NCBI GenBank assembly: GCA_964252035.1
Contig: OZ176200.1
Source: Podarcis erhardii
Taxonomy: Eukaryota
Length of the DNA stretch: 64,000 bases
Strand: one strand, 5' to 3'
Position 1 is the first letter of the stretch. Each line of letters starts with the position of its first letter. The translations under genes and the position numbers were made by a program. The notes under the pieces are model-generated. The model saw only the letters and a program-made list of their open reading frames with translations. It was not told the origin of the DNA and searched no databases. This document shows, one piece after another, positions 51,664 through 63,038 of this stretch.

Positions 51664-51723
51664 ATGTGGAAAGGAAGATGGCAGATAATCTGTCTTGGTA
51701 ATGCTGACTCCTGGAGCACTACT
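51664..51723 (-). CDS. SAXO4: SAXO4/PPP1R32 coding exon
   Basis: 60 nt, SSAPGVSITKTDYLPSSFPH; ttgcag acceptor, gtaagg donor. Confidence 0.9.
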
Positions 51724-52314
51724 CTGCAAAGCAGAAGACAAGTACTGAGACTCAGAGAGAGGAAGGTAGACAAGAGGAAGCACGGGTTCCATTACAGCTT
51801 CTACTTGGGAGCAGGCAAGCCTGTCTTAGGAGCAACTAGTTCTGCCTTCCAAGGTTGGGACTGGTAGGAGTTTTTATCCAAAGCATCTGGAAGGCACCAG
51901 GTTGGGAAGAGTGGTATTTTGTCCTTAATTGCATGGAATCATATTCCTGCTATAGTGAAACTGCAAGGACCTATGGGCTGCACTTGAACATTCATGGCTA
52001 AATGTACAGAGGAACTAGATTTGCTTTTGCCTTTGGCCTCTCTTAAAAACAAAGTACCCACTCAGGTACAGGAAAAGTGGAACCTGTAACAAAATATTGC
52101 AGGGTAGAACGCTCTTCTTCCGGGTTCTTACAAGCCAATGATCTCCTTCTCCAGGACACTTCATTCCATTCCTCCCACCCTCAACAGCAAGCATTCAATG
52201 CCCACTGAGCACACTCAGTCTTCTTGGTGCTTTTAGGTTTCTGGAAAACCTGGAAGACCTTCCAAGCCTACTAGTACCTCTTTTTGGTATGGGCTTGGTG
52301 CCTTTTTGGCTACA

Positions 52315-52630
52315 TAAGAAGAGGCACTATCACATCATATGAATATATGAAGAGCTCTGCTGAATCAGGTCCACAGCCCATCTAGTAGGGCATCCTGTTC
52401 TCACAGTGTCCAGCCAGGTGCCTGTGGGGAGCTCACAAGAAGGACATGAGTGCAACAGCACTCTTCCCACCAGTGATTTCCAGCAACAGGCATTCAGAGG
52501 CATACTGCCCCCAACAGCGGAGGTAGAACAAAGCCATTGTGGTTTGTAGCCACTTATAGCCCCATCCTCTGTGAGTTTGCCTAGCCTTTTAAAGCCATCC
52601 ATGTTTGTGCCCATCGCTACTTCTCGTGGA
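52315..52630 (-). mobile_element. CR1 LINE 3' end
   Basis: PREVAMGTNMDGFKRLGKLTEDGAISGY is the CR1 ORF2 terminus, followed by the 3' UTR seen also at 54932-55148 and 59330-59600. Confidence 0.8.
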
Positions 52631-52786
52631 GGCAAATTCCTTAGGAAGTGAGGAGCACAAGGGTCAGGAGAGATCGATCAACTGTTCAAACTAACAAGCA
52701 ACTTGACTAGAGTAGGAGCACCATATTCCACTGGGCTCTGCAGGTTAATGCTTAATGTGACCCACGGAGAGAACAGCAGCATATAC

Positions 52787-52893
52787 AGAGTTTACTGGAG
52801 AAACCTGAGGTTTGTCCATAATGGGGTTTGCCAGACAGCCTTCAGTAAAACCAGTCTCTTCTTTGGCTCCAATTGTTTTCTTCTGCAGGAAAT
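52787..52893 (-). CDS. SAXO4: SAXO4/PPP1R32 coding exon (donor position ambiguous)
   Basis: (D)FLQKKTIGAKEETGFTEGCLANPIMDKPQVSPVNS; catacag acceptor is clear. In-frame donors are possible at exon ends 52805, 52796, 52787 and 52766; 52787 was chosen on length homology. Confidence 0.8.
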
Positions 52894-53449
52894 CTGTATG
52901 GGGGAAGAGAGAGATGAAGCGATAACATGAGGAAAAGGAGCACACTGAAAAAAGAAGGCAGAAGACTTCTGTAAATAGCAGTGGCGACATAACAGTACAA
53001 AAATTAGACAGCAAGGTGTTGGCTGAGGAAGGCAGAGGGCAAGGGTAAGATAAGTGGTGAAAAGGTGAGAGCTGTATATTACCTGATATTTAGCTCCAAG
53101 CAAAAAAAGGTGTGTCAAACTAATAATTCCACACTCTGAACTACAGAAACATATTTAGCAATTCCATTTCTCCAGAGAAGAACCCACATCTCCTTTCCCT
53201 GCATTATATTGCACTTTCCGACTGCTGCACTTTCCAGCTAGACTGCTGCACCACATACATTCCCGCTCCTGTTCTTGTAGCGTCTGTTTTTCCTTGGCCA
53301 TGTGGCCACAACTATTCCTTTTCCATGCATACAGCTTATGCATCACATCCATGCAATAAAACTTGTTGCATAAAAGCTGAGTGGAATCCCTGATACTGGA
53401 AGCAAGTGGAGGGCGGGTGTCGGTCATTCACAGGTTCTACATGCCAAAA

Positions 53450-53672
53450 CAGTGGTACCTCAGGTTAAGTACTTAATTCGTTCCGGAGATCCGTTCTTAA
53501 CCTGAAACTGTTCTTAACCTGAAGCACCACTTTAGCTAATGGGGCCTCCTGCTGCCGCGCCGCTGGAGCACGATTTCTGTTCTCATCCTGAAGCAAAGTT
53601 CTTAACCTGAAGCACTATTTCTGGGTTAGCGGAGTCTGTAACATGAAGTGTATGTAACCTGAGGTACCACTG
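53450..53672. mobile_element. Tc1/mariner-type MITE (same family as 22536-22769)
   Basis: TIRs cagtggtacctcaggtta / taacctgaggtaccactg; flanks are AA and CA rather than TA. Confidence 0.88.
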
Positions 53673-54029
53673 CACTGTAATCACTGGGCTAATTGAGGTG
53701 ACTAAGTGTTGTTTGTGACTGAAGGGGCAATTTCCCTTTGTGTAATCTTGCGCTTTACCCATGTCAAAAGGGCTGTGCGCTGGTGCTGGCTGTGCTAGAA
53801 GATCTGTTCCTATCTGAGGGAGCCCTACAGAATGTGGCTGAAGATGCGGCTGTGAATTACTTCCAGCCCACTACGCAGAGAGCCTTGCACATTATGTGTG
53901 GCAAAGCGGGTGGACTGGGTTCAGTGATGTTCCTGCTGTCACTGTATGTTGACTGCAGTTTTCTAAAGTCTAAGCATTAGAAAGAAATGCTAATGTAGCA
54001 ATTGTGGCAGCCACTCCCCCCAGCAACAC

Positions 54030-54570
54030 TGTTGATGGACTATGTCAAAATGGCAAAGATGACCGTGAAGATCAGACACCAAGATGAGAAAAAAATGGGG
54101 GGGGGGATTATAGAATATCTTAAAGACAACCGTAGATGCTTTAAAAAGTTAGCAGGATTGTTATAACACTTATAATGTAATATGATTTAAGGTAAAAAAA
54201 TGAGATAAAATGGATTAGAAAAATGTAAGGTAAAGGTAAGGGTACCCCTGCCCGTACGGGCCAGTCTTGCCAGACTCTAGGGTTGTGCGCTTATCTCACT
54301 CTAGAGGCCGGGAGCCAGCGCTGTCCGCAGACACTTCCGGGTCACGTGGCCAGTGTGACAAAAATGTAAATTATGTATGAATTATGCATAATTATGTATA
54401 AATTATGTAAGTTAGTAGAAAAAAATGTAATTAGATGCAAAAAAGGGAGGGAATTGGAAGGGGGGGAGTCCGAGGGATCTAAGTAATCCCAGAAGCACAG
54501 AAATTGAAAATGATGTGAATGCATAAGAATATTGTTTAAAAGATGAAAATAAAATATTAAAAAAACAAAC
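54030..54570 (+). mobile_element. L1-type LINE 3' fragment interrupted by a SINE
   Basis: MDYVKMAKMTVKIRHQDEKK resembles a squamate L1 ORF2 terminus; AT-rich 3' UTR ending in an A-rich tail near 54570. Confidence 0.55.
54229..54359 (-). mobile_element. 5'-truncated Sauria SINE
   Basis: ggtaaaggtaagggtacccctg (reverse of the ACCTTT tail) and acttccgggtcacgtggccag; 10-bp TSD aaaaatgtaa (54219-28, 54360-69). Confidence 0.85.
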
Positions 54571-54597
54571 ACTGTGGGATGGGCAGGGTAGGATCAA

Positions 54598-54648
54598 TTA
54601 TCATTATCATTATCATTATCATTATCATTATCATTATCATTATCATTA
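54598..54648. repeat. (TATCAT)n microsatellite
   Basis: Direct reading. Confidence 0.95.
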
Positions 54649-54649
54649 C

Positions 54650-54762
54650 CAGGGCTTTTTTCAGCTAGAACTCACAGGAACTGAGTTCCAGCACATCTCA
54701 GGTGGACAGTGTTTCCATTCTAAGAGAACAAGGGAGGCGGTTCATGGTGAAAAATAGCACTG
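54650..54762. mobile_element. hAT-type MITE, internally deleted copy of the 35317 family
   Basis: cagggcttttttcagctagaac...gaaaaatagcactg; TSD atcattac/attattac (7 of 8). Confidence 0.75.
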
Positions 54763-54931
54763 ATTATTACCCACCAATCACTACGACATTTGCCAGTGAC
54801 ACACCCACACTACCCATGCATGAAAGGCAAGCCACATGTAGACTGATGCCTTTCATGCATGGGTACTGTGGGAGCATCAGTGGTGAATTTCATAGTGATT
54901 GGTGGGCAGTTGCATCGTTGCTGTGGGAGTG

Positions 54932-55148
54932 GAAGCCCTGCTGAATCAACCCAAAGGCCCATCTAGTCCAGCATCTGTTTCTCACAGCAGCCAACCTCTG
55001 GAAAGCTCACAAACAGGACAGGAGGGAAATAGCTTCCTCCTGCTGTTCCCTAGTGGCTGGCATTCAGAGACACACTTCCTTTGCTCCTGGAGGTAATATA
55101 TAGCCTTCATGAATATAGTAACCACTGAGAGCCTTATCATCTGTTGAG
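54932..55148 (-). mobile_element. CR1 3' UTR fragment
   Basis: gccctgctgaatcaacccaaaggcccatctagtccagcatc is shared with 52315-52630. Confidence 0.7.
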
Positions 55149-55186
55149 AGTTTTATCCTCCACAGTTTATAATGACTCAATATATA

Positions 55187-55431
55187 GAAGAAGAAGAAAA
55201 GTTTGGATTTGATATCCCGCTTTATCACTACCCGAAGGAGTCTCAAAGCGGCTAACATTCTCCTTTCCCTTCCTCCACCACAACAAACACTCTGTGAGGT
55301 GAGTGGGGCTGAGAGACTTCAGAGAAGTGTGACTGGCCCAAGGTCACCCAGCAGCTGCATGTGGAGGAGCGGAGACACGAACCCGGTTCACCAGATTACG
55401 AATCTACCACTCTTAACCACTACACCACACT
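55187..55431 (-). mobile_element. Young full-length tRNA-derived SINE
   Basis: Minus strand starts agtgtggtgtagtggttaagag (A box), ggttcgtgtctcc (B box), CORE-like middle and a (CTT)n tail. Confidence 0.85.
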
Positions 55432-55683
55432 ATAATCTCACAATACTCAGAAGAAAGTCCTTTTGAATTCAGTGGGGCTTACACCCGGGTTAGTGGGGTT
55501 ACAATTTCAGCTGTACTCTTTTCTCTAAAATGCACATACCTATATTATGAAGTAATCTAATGTAGCAAGTGATGATGACCACTATAGAAAATATGATGAT
55601 GCCTATATTTTGTCCAGTATCAGAGGCAGTATGGCGCTGAATACCAGTTACTGGGGAACACAAATGGGAGAGTGCTACTCATG

Positions 55684-55810
55684 TTAGTTCAGCCAGTTGG
55701 GCAGGTTTGTGGGTTTGAGCCCCATGTTGGGCAAAAGATTCCTGCATTGCAGGGGTTGGACTACATGATCCTCAGGGTCCCTTCCAACTCTGCAGTTCTG
55801 TGATTCTATG
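55684..55810 (+). mobile_element. SINE with CR1-derived tail, inserted in an older CR1 fragment (about 55590-55890)
   Basis: ggggttggactacatgatcctcagggtcccttccaactctgcagttctgtgattctatg is the CR1-type 3' terminus. Confidence 0.7.
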
Positions 55811-56736
55811 TTCTGGCTGTGAGCTTCCCATTGGCATCTAGTAGGCTGTGCTGGAATGGAAAGGGCTTTGGTCAGATTCAGCACAGCTGTTACAAAAATG
55901 AAAATCTGCAACAGACTAGAAAGAAGGCCTCTGAACTGCAAAATTCCAAAGCAAAAATCTGAAGTGTACAGAAACATTCTTTCAGAGAGCTGCATCGATT
56001 TTTCACTGCCACCTTCAATGTGAATTTATTTTCAGACATGAGAGTGATTTGTGCATTTATATCTTGCACATGAAATGTGACAAGCTGTCCCAAGAATTCC
56101 AAGTTAGACTTCCATTATAAAATCTCTAACCTCCACCCCCCAAGTTGCAGAAGATGACTTAAATGTCAACGTCCCCACAGGAACATTTTTAGAAAAAAAA
56201 GGGCAAACAACAAAAATCCCAATTTGCATTTTAATCTAAAAATTTCTGAAGACTGTGGGTGGCAATATTGATATGTGCCACCGTTAAAAAAAAAAAGAAT
56301 TCAGCTGGGAGTTATTTGTGATTTGGATCTAGTCCAGACTACTGCTTTAACTTCCTAAATATGGATTTAAAAGAATTTTCAATTCAAAGAACATGGAGGT
56401 GAGAATGACATATTGCAGCATTACATAAATACAGAATAAGAAAACTGGACAAGAATATATCTCAGGATACTACCTTTGTGAAAGTGGCACTATATTATAT
56501 ATGGTCTATTTTTAATAGTAAAGTAACAATTTAATGCAGATCTAAGAACACTTAATTTTCTAGTAGATGGTGACCAGCTTCTTTGAATCAAACTGAATCT
56601 GTTTCTCGTGTTCCCTTTTTGTTTAATGACTGCCTATCTCCTGAAAACCATACTGTGCCTGGATATAAAATGAAATATCTAGACTGAGCAAACACAAGTG
56701 GCTTCATACAGAACCACAGACTTCAAGTATCTTTAG

Positions 56737-57075
56737 AGCAAGGATGGAGAACCTGTGGCCCTCCAGTTGTTAGACTCCAGCTCCCATCAGTCCCAGACAG
56801 AATAGCCAAAAGTCAGACTGATGTGAATTGTAGTGATGGCATCTGGATGGCCCCAGGTAAGTGTATTGTTTACTTAGATGATACACGTGTGCTTAGTCTT
56901 GGGCATAACTCACCAGTCATTACATCCCTGAAAAATGTCACATAAGAAACACAAGAAGCATTTATCACTTTGATGTGTTGTCTAGCTGCCTAAATACCCC
57001 CTTCTAAACCAATGGTGGGGAACCTTTGGCCCTCCAAATGTTGTTGAATGACAACTCCCATCATCCCTGACCACG
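56737..57075. mobile_element. Two degraded short hAT MITE copies
   Basis: ggagaacctgtggccctccag and ggggaacctttggccctccaaatgttg...caactcccatcatccctgacc; same family at about 62395-62530 and 63580-63712. Confidence 0.65.
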
Positions 57076-57176
57076 ATATTGATTGTTATGAATAAGCAGA
57101 CAGCTCCCTTTCTTATAAGTGGAGTATCAATATTGTGCACGAGGATGAAACTCTGTCAGCTATGAAGAACAATTAC

Positions 57177-57240
57177 CTGGTTGTCCTGGAATGTTGAAGC
57201 GGTACTTTGAGTTGTACTCTGTGGACATGTAGTGAGGTCC
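57177..57240 (-). CDS. SAXO4: SAXO4/PPP1R32 coding exon
   Basis: 64 nt, GPHYMSTEYNSKYRFNIPGQP+g; tttgcag acceptor, gtaatt donor; matches human GPRFMTSEYNSKY. Confidence 0.92.
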
Positions 57241-57897
57241 CTGCAAATATGCAAACAGCAGTGAAGAGTAAGACCAAATGCTCCAGATGGAGTCTCCTAC
57301 TTGCCCTGCCAGTAGGGTTTGCAATGCACTGTTCCACATCCATCCTACTTCTCTGTTTAAGGGCAGACCAATTATTCCTGGGGTAACAGTTCTCAGCTTT
57401 CCAAAGTTATCTTGCTCTCTCTCATGACTTTATCATTTATCCTTTACTGATCCTTATGCCTGGAACTCCCACCTCTCTCACTTCCTGCAAACCCTTCCTC
57501 AAAGCCCATGTTTTCTGGGAAGCATTTGGCACAACCTCCTGCTGCCCATACACTACTGTAACTAAGACTAAGTATGCACAATTGGAATAATCTCATATTC
57601 CCATGTTTTCCTGTATCGCTATTTCCCTCCACATGGTCTATTCTGCCCCCATATGTCAATTTCTACATTTTAAGCAGTGATGTAGGGAAACTGGGGGTAC
57701 AAAACTTACAGCCTCTTTCAGCCAATGAAGTACCAGGGTAATGGACACAATCCTTCTTGCTCCGATTCAAGCTTTACTACCATTTGTGGCAGATTAGCAT
57801 TGGAAAAGTCAGAGGATAAGGAAAATAATCAAGGAGAGACTTTTCTTTGGTGGGGTTCCTATGCTGCCCTAGCAATGTGAATAGCAAATGGTGTGTG

Positions 57898-57924
57898 TTT
57901 TTGTTGTTGTTGTTGTTGTTGTTT
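57898..57924. repeat. (TTG)n microsatellite
   Basis: Direct reading. Confidence 0.9.
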
Positions 57925-58956
57925 TGCATTTCTAATTAAAAGCTAAAGATTGCATTTACAAGTTGAACAGGGCTAGTGCCCACCAATCCTGCCACTGCCA
58001 CTGCAACAGCAGCAGTGACAAGATCTTGTGCAATCTCACAAAAATCAACTTCATGCAGTCTGCAGTATCTCACAAGAGTGCCACAAGATCTCATCGGAAC
58101 CCACCACCATCTCTGATGCTTTGTGGGCACCACTGTACAGCCTAAGTAAGAGAGGCTTTGACAGGGGAGGTTTCAGTGACAGGGTGGCATCTTCCTGTTT
58201 CCCTTCAGGTAGCAAAACACCCCTAAATTCAACCTATGCATCCAGCATAAGAATTGCTGAGTTCAATGGAGCTTACTCCAGGTAACTGTGTGTCGGATTG
58301 AAGTCATGCTATATGGCTGATCAGGGATGTGAACCCAGGTTTCACCAGCCAAATTCTAACATGTTAACCAATATGCCAGGTATCTTCAACCTTTTCAGTA
58401 CCCAGGACCCCCTTTTAATCCAAACTTGCATTTGGGGATCCATTTCTTAAATCTCTAACATATGTTTGCGTGGTAGTAGTGCTCCTGTTATGACCCACTT
58501 TTGATCAGGCCGTGCCCCATGAATGGGTCCCGACCCACCAGGTAAAGGACCAGTGTGCTATACCATCCCTTGTCAATTCACTATTCTAGGACTGCATTTT
58601 ATTCTGTCACACTTTCCCCCCTCTCCCATACATACCACCTTAGGATGACATCATGCTTGTTCATAGCTCAATGATTGAAATGTTGAGTGATGACTTGTAG
58701 GTGTGAAACAACCTTCACAGATCAAAGAATGCAGACTGGAGCTTTCCTATTAGCTCACATCACCACAGACAATACTTTTCTATGGAGGCAATTCACACCT
58801 TCTGGTGCAAGTCATCAGGCAAGGAGACAGGCATATGTGAATCAAGCTTTAGATCAGGAGTGAAAATGAGGACTATGGGGATAAAATCGGATCACTTTCT
58901 ATATGGAAAGGTACTTGGTTTTGCAGTAGCTCAGGAAAGTCAAGCTTTTCCTGCCA

Positions 58957-59147
58957 ATAGAATCATAGAATCAGAGTTGGAAGAGACCACAAGAGCCATC
59001 GAGTCCAACCCCCTGCCAAGCAGGAAACACCACCAGAGCACTCCTGACATATGGTTGTCAAGCCTCTGCTTAAAGACCTCCAAAGAAGGAGACTCCACCA
59101 CACTCCTTGGCAGCAAATTCCACTGTCGAACAGCTCTTACTGTCAAA
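58957..59147 (-). mobile_element. Young CR1 LINE 3' end
   Basis: VRAVRQWNLLPRSVVESPSLEVFKQRLDNHMSG plus a (gattctat) tail. Confidence 0.92.
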
Positions 59148-59329
59148 TACTTTCACTGTATGCTAAAATATTGGTTTTCAACAGGTTTGCTGTGAGCAGC
59201 AGTGCAACCACAATTTAAAAAATATTTTCCCCCATTGCGGATTATGAGGACACAAGCAGGGAAAGTCATGCATAAAATGGAAACTCCCCTTTTATTTTAC
59301 TGCATCTGGTGGTGGATATAAGAGGCAAA

Positions 59330-59600
59330 TCTAGGACCCTGGATTCAACACTGGCCAACCAGATGCCTAAGAGAAGCCCAACACCAGGACCAGAGTGCAA
59401 CAGCACTCTCTCTATTTGTGATTCCCAGCAAATGGTATTGAGAGGCATACTGTCTCTGATAACTGAGGTAGTACATAGCCATCAGGACTGGTAGCAGCCA
59501 TTGACAGCCTTATCCTCCATGGCTTTTTCTAATCTCCTTTTGAGGCTGTCCAAATTGGCAGTCGTCACTACATCTTTTATACAGTAGGAGCAAGTTCAAT
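59330..59600 (-). mobile_element. Older CR1 3' fragment
   Basis: cactggccaaccagatgcc...gaggcatactgtctctgata...cagccttatcctccatgg...ttttgaggctgtccaaattgg. Confidence 0.7.
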
Positions 59601-59741
59601 AGCTTACACACTGTGTGAAGAAGCCAGACCTTCTGGCCCTGAGTTCTAATGAAAACTCCCCTTTATACCTCTTCTGTGATCAGGTACTGCCTAAGCTACA
59701 GTCAAATGAGGAAGGGCCCATTGAACTAGCAGCTGACTCAC

Positions 59742-59870
59742 ATGTCTGGCATGTTCCACATCGACAGAACCTCTTCCATACAACTTGTGCAGGTCAGGGG
59801 TATGTTTAGGCTCCAACCCTGATATAGCTTGGGCTCCCTGGTCTGCTGTGTCAAAATGGACTTTCTTGAC
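59742..59870 (-). CDS. SAXO4: SAXO4/PPP1R32 coding exon
   Basis: 129 nt, VKKVHFDTADQGAQAISGLEPKHTPDLHKLYGRGSVDVEHARH; ttttgcag acceptor, gtgagt donor. Confidence 0.93.
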
Positions 59871-61745
59871 CTGCAAAATGAAGCCCAGCTTGCAATTTGG
59901 AAAGTTAAGTATGAATACCACAAATACCAGAACTGACGTGATACTGTTCAGGGCTATTGTTGAGAAAGGAGGGGAAAGAACAGTCAAAAGAGAGCAGGAA
60001 AATGCATATATAACATCTTGTATCTGTCCCCTTCTCAGAAGTGGTAGGGAGTCATCTTCTTCATGGCTGAGCCCTTGATCACAGCTCTAATTAAAACATT
60101 AGGAAGCCAGTGAGATCAATCAGTGAAGCTACAAGGCTTCATGCTCCCATATCTCACTCATTTCTTCTTTTTCCTATACACTCCAAACAAAATAATTTGA
60201 ATTTCAGCTTATGTCTTTCCAACAGAATAAAGGTTTTAATCTTTCCTGTGGCAGTGAATGCAGTGAACATGATTACAGTGGGGGGGGGGGGGCGGGTTGT
60301 TCTGAAAGCCTACAATATAGAAGGCAAATCAAAAGAGAGACACTTTGCTTTTAGTATTCACACAACTGTAAAGCAATTCTGAAATTATAGAGGAACCGAG
60401 TTTGGCAGATTCTAGGGCTCAGTCCTACTGCACACTTCCCAAGTCTCAATCCCTCACACAGCTAAACTGTTCTCAACACAGTGTCTGGGTTTAAAAGGAA
60501 GCAATCCTTGTTCAAATGCCTCTTTTCTACCACAACATGTTCCACTTGGTATATAATCCAGGTCACAATCATATTGGCATGCACACACATACACCAGCAG
60601 CAGCTCTCCTTAGCTCCATCCTGCACTTAATTGGAACAATTCATTAATGAGTCCCAGTCCTTTAGGTGCAGAACTGCCAACTGGACATTATTTTACTGAT
60701 ATGTCTAGTAAAAGCATATTCTGGTAGGTAAACAGTATATAGGCTTCTGAAAACCCCACTAATCTGTCTCAACAAAACCCTAGGCTATAGAGCTTCACCT
60801 GTGATCACTAGTCTATGTAGCAAGCCTCATATGTGACTCAGGAATGTCCACTCTGACTCTCAAAGGCTATGAATGGATCACTAATACTAATGTACATTAT
60901 GCACTCCTGCCCCATAACCATCCATATTCCAAACCTTAACTTACTTACGTGGTGCCTTTATCTATAAACGTATCACAGCACAGCACAACTTTATGGGCAT
61001 TTACTCAGAAGCAAGTTCTACTGTGTTTAATGGGGCTAGTAAGCATATTTAAACTGAACAGAGTGTGACTTAATTCTGAACACCAGCATTTATGGGATTG
61101 CAGTGCACCTACTGACTTCTTTCTGGCTCCTTGTACCATCAAAATGTAACTCCTCTTCACATCTTGTATTTCTGAAGCTCTGTTCGTTTTGGATCCTCAT
61201 ATACACTTGCCAGATCACATCAATTTATGCATCCTGGCTTTTGTGTTTTGCCCTGCATCACAGTAGATTCTCTTAGACCTCATGGATATATAGAGAGAAG
61301 CCTGGGAATGGAATGACTCCTAATTGCTCAGAATTTAGTCTTGCAAAACATCCTCCTTCCACACATGCACTGCCACAGTTTTGTGCTAGATACATCGGAT
61401 TGAAATTCACAACGCAGGTGATTCATGTATGCATTATTAGTTATGGTAACTATCAGGCACATGGCCCCTTTAAGAAAAAAAGCTATGACCCAGGATGCAG
61501 GCTCTTGGAGAGCTGACTCAGAAGGATGGAGAAGCTGCTCGAATCAAGGCCTTGCCACTTGCTAGATGGATGTCGGATTTTGAGCTGCCTCATTGCTGAA
61601 GCTCCAAGCTCCAGCCTTCCTGAACTAAAGAAGCAGCCCAAGCCATTATTAATGGCACTAGGTGATAATTTTGGCACATTACAAGCATGTTCAATAGCAC
61701 AACAATACACTGCGCAGAGGCGAATCCTAGGTTTGGGATACTTAC

Positions 61746-61899
61746 CTCTTTAGTGGTGGGGAAAGAAAGAGGTTTTTCTCGAACATACCCACTCCCTGGC
61801 TGGTACACACTCCAGGGAAGAGGATATTTCCCATCTGGGAGCTCAAGAGGCTGAAAGTGCTTGGTTGTTGTCGATTCATAATTGTCCTGAAGGAGCTTC
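61746..61899 (-). CDS. SAXO4: SAXO4/PPP1R32 coding exon
   Basis: 154 nt, (G)KLLQDNYESTTTKHFQPLELPDGKYPLPWSVYQPGSGYVREKPLSFPTTKE; accag acceptor, gtaagt donor. Confidence 0.93.
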
Positions 61900-61932
61900 C
61901 TGGTTTCAGAGAAAATAATAAGCATGAGAGAC

Positions 61933-61934
<2 letters not shown>

Positions 61935-61980
<46 letters not shown>

Positions 61981-62082
61981 TTTATACCCTACCCATCTGG
62001 CTGGGTTTCCCCAGCCACTCTGGGTGACTTCCAACAGAATATTAAAATGCAATAGTCTATTAAACATTAAAAGCTTCCCTAA
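61935..62082 (-). mobile_element. L2 3' end with (ATT)n tail, about 35 nt upstream of a SAXO4 acceptor
   Basis: Near-identical to 29144-29245; (AAT)n run 61935-61981. Confidence 0.88.
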
Positions 62083-62609
62083 ATACACAGCATCTGAACT
62101 TAAGAGACACAGTGGATTTTAATCAGGTTATGTTTAGGCATGTTAGAATTGTGCTCTAAAGACAGCCATGCTTTCTATCTCCTAAAGTGATGCGTTAGTC
62201 CAGGTAACCCAAAAGGTCACTGTCTTTGGTCCTTCCAGTCATCTACACTGCATTCATTATGGACACCACGGTGAAGTGCCAAATGCAATTGCCTTGCCAT
62301 AGTCTTTGTTACTATGCTTTGAGGGAGTACAAGTAAAGCAAATGCAAGCATGTCACTGACTCAGAGGTGACATGAGCATTATGAGGATGTGATTATGTTT
62401 CACAGCTTTCCCCAATCTGGTACCCCCAAAATGCTCTGGGCTACAGCTCCCACCTGCCAGAGACAGCACAGCCAATCATCAAGGGTGGTAAGAGCTGGAG
62501 CCCAAAACGTCTGGAGGGCAGCGGGTTGGGTGGAATGCAAACCACAAGACAGTTTCCCTGTTCTGATCCATCCCAGTTAATTTCCACAAAGTATACGACC
62601 AATACCTAC

Positions 62610-62727
62610 CCCACAGTTGGATTATCTAATTTGTCTAGGCTTGGCTTGTAGTGGACAACGGGACGGTAATTGGTTTTATATCCTGCTCCAGAGTGGATGC
62701 TAGTCCGAGGACGAAACCCTGCTTGAC
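62610..62727 (-). CDS. SAXO4: SAXO4/PPP1R32 coding exon (most 5' exon found; start exon lies outside the window)
   Basis: 118 nt, (G)QAGFRPRTSIHSGAGYKTNYRPVVHYKPSLDKLDNPTV+gg; cctttgccag acceptor, gtaggt donor. The eleven exons sum to 1178 nt and stay in frame to the stop. Confidence 0.9.
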
Positions 62728-62863
62728 CTGGCAAAGGAAAGGGAGGCAATGGCAGATTTGTATTGCCTATTTATATCTTCACTTACTTACTGCATTTATA
62801 AAGCACCGTTTTCCCACTGCACACTCAATACAGTTTACAATATAAAGTAATAACTAATTGTCA

Positions 62864-63038
62864 ATTCAGGTAGGTAGCCGTGTTGGTCTGACGCAGTCGG
62901 GGGGAAATAAATTGTCCAGTAGCACCTTATAGACCAACTAAATTTGTTCTGGTATAAGCTTTTGTGTGCATGCACCAGAACAAACTTAGTTGGTCTATAA
63001 GGTGCTACTGGACCATTAAAAAAAAAACTTTTTAAAAT
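62864..63038. mobile_element. Penelope-like element terminal repeat fragment with inverted duplication
   Basis: caggtaggtagccgtgttggtctg...tccagtagcacctta.agaccaactaa is the lizard Penelope terminus as recalled; 10-bp flanking direct repeat ctaattgtca (62854-63, 63039-48). Confidence 0.75.
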
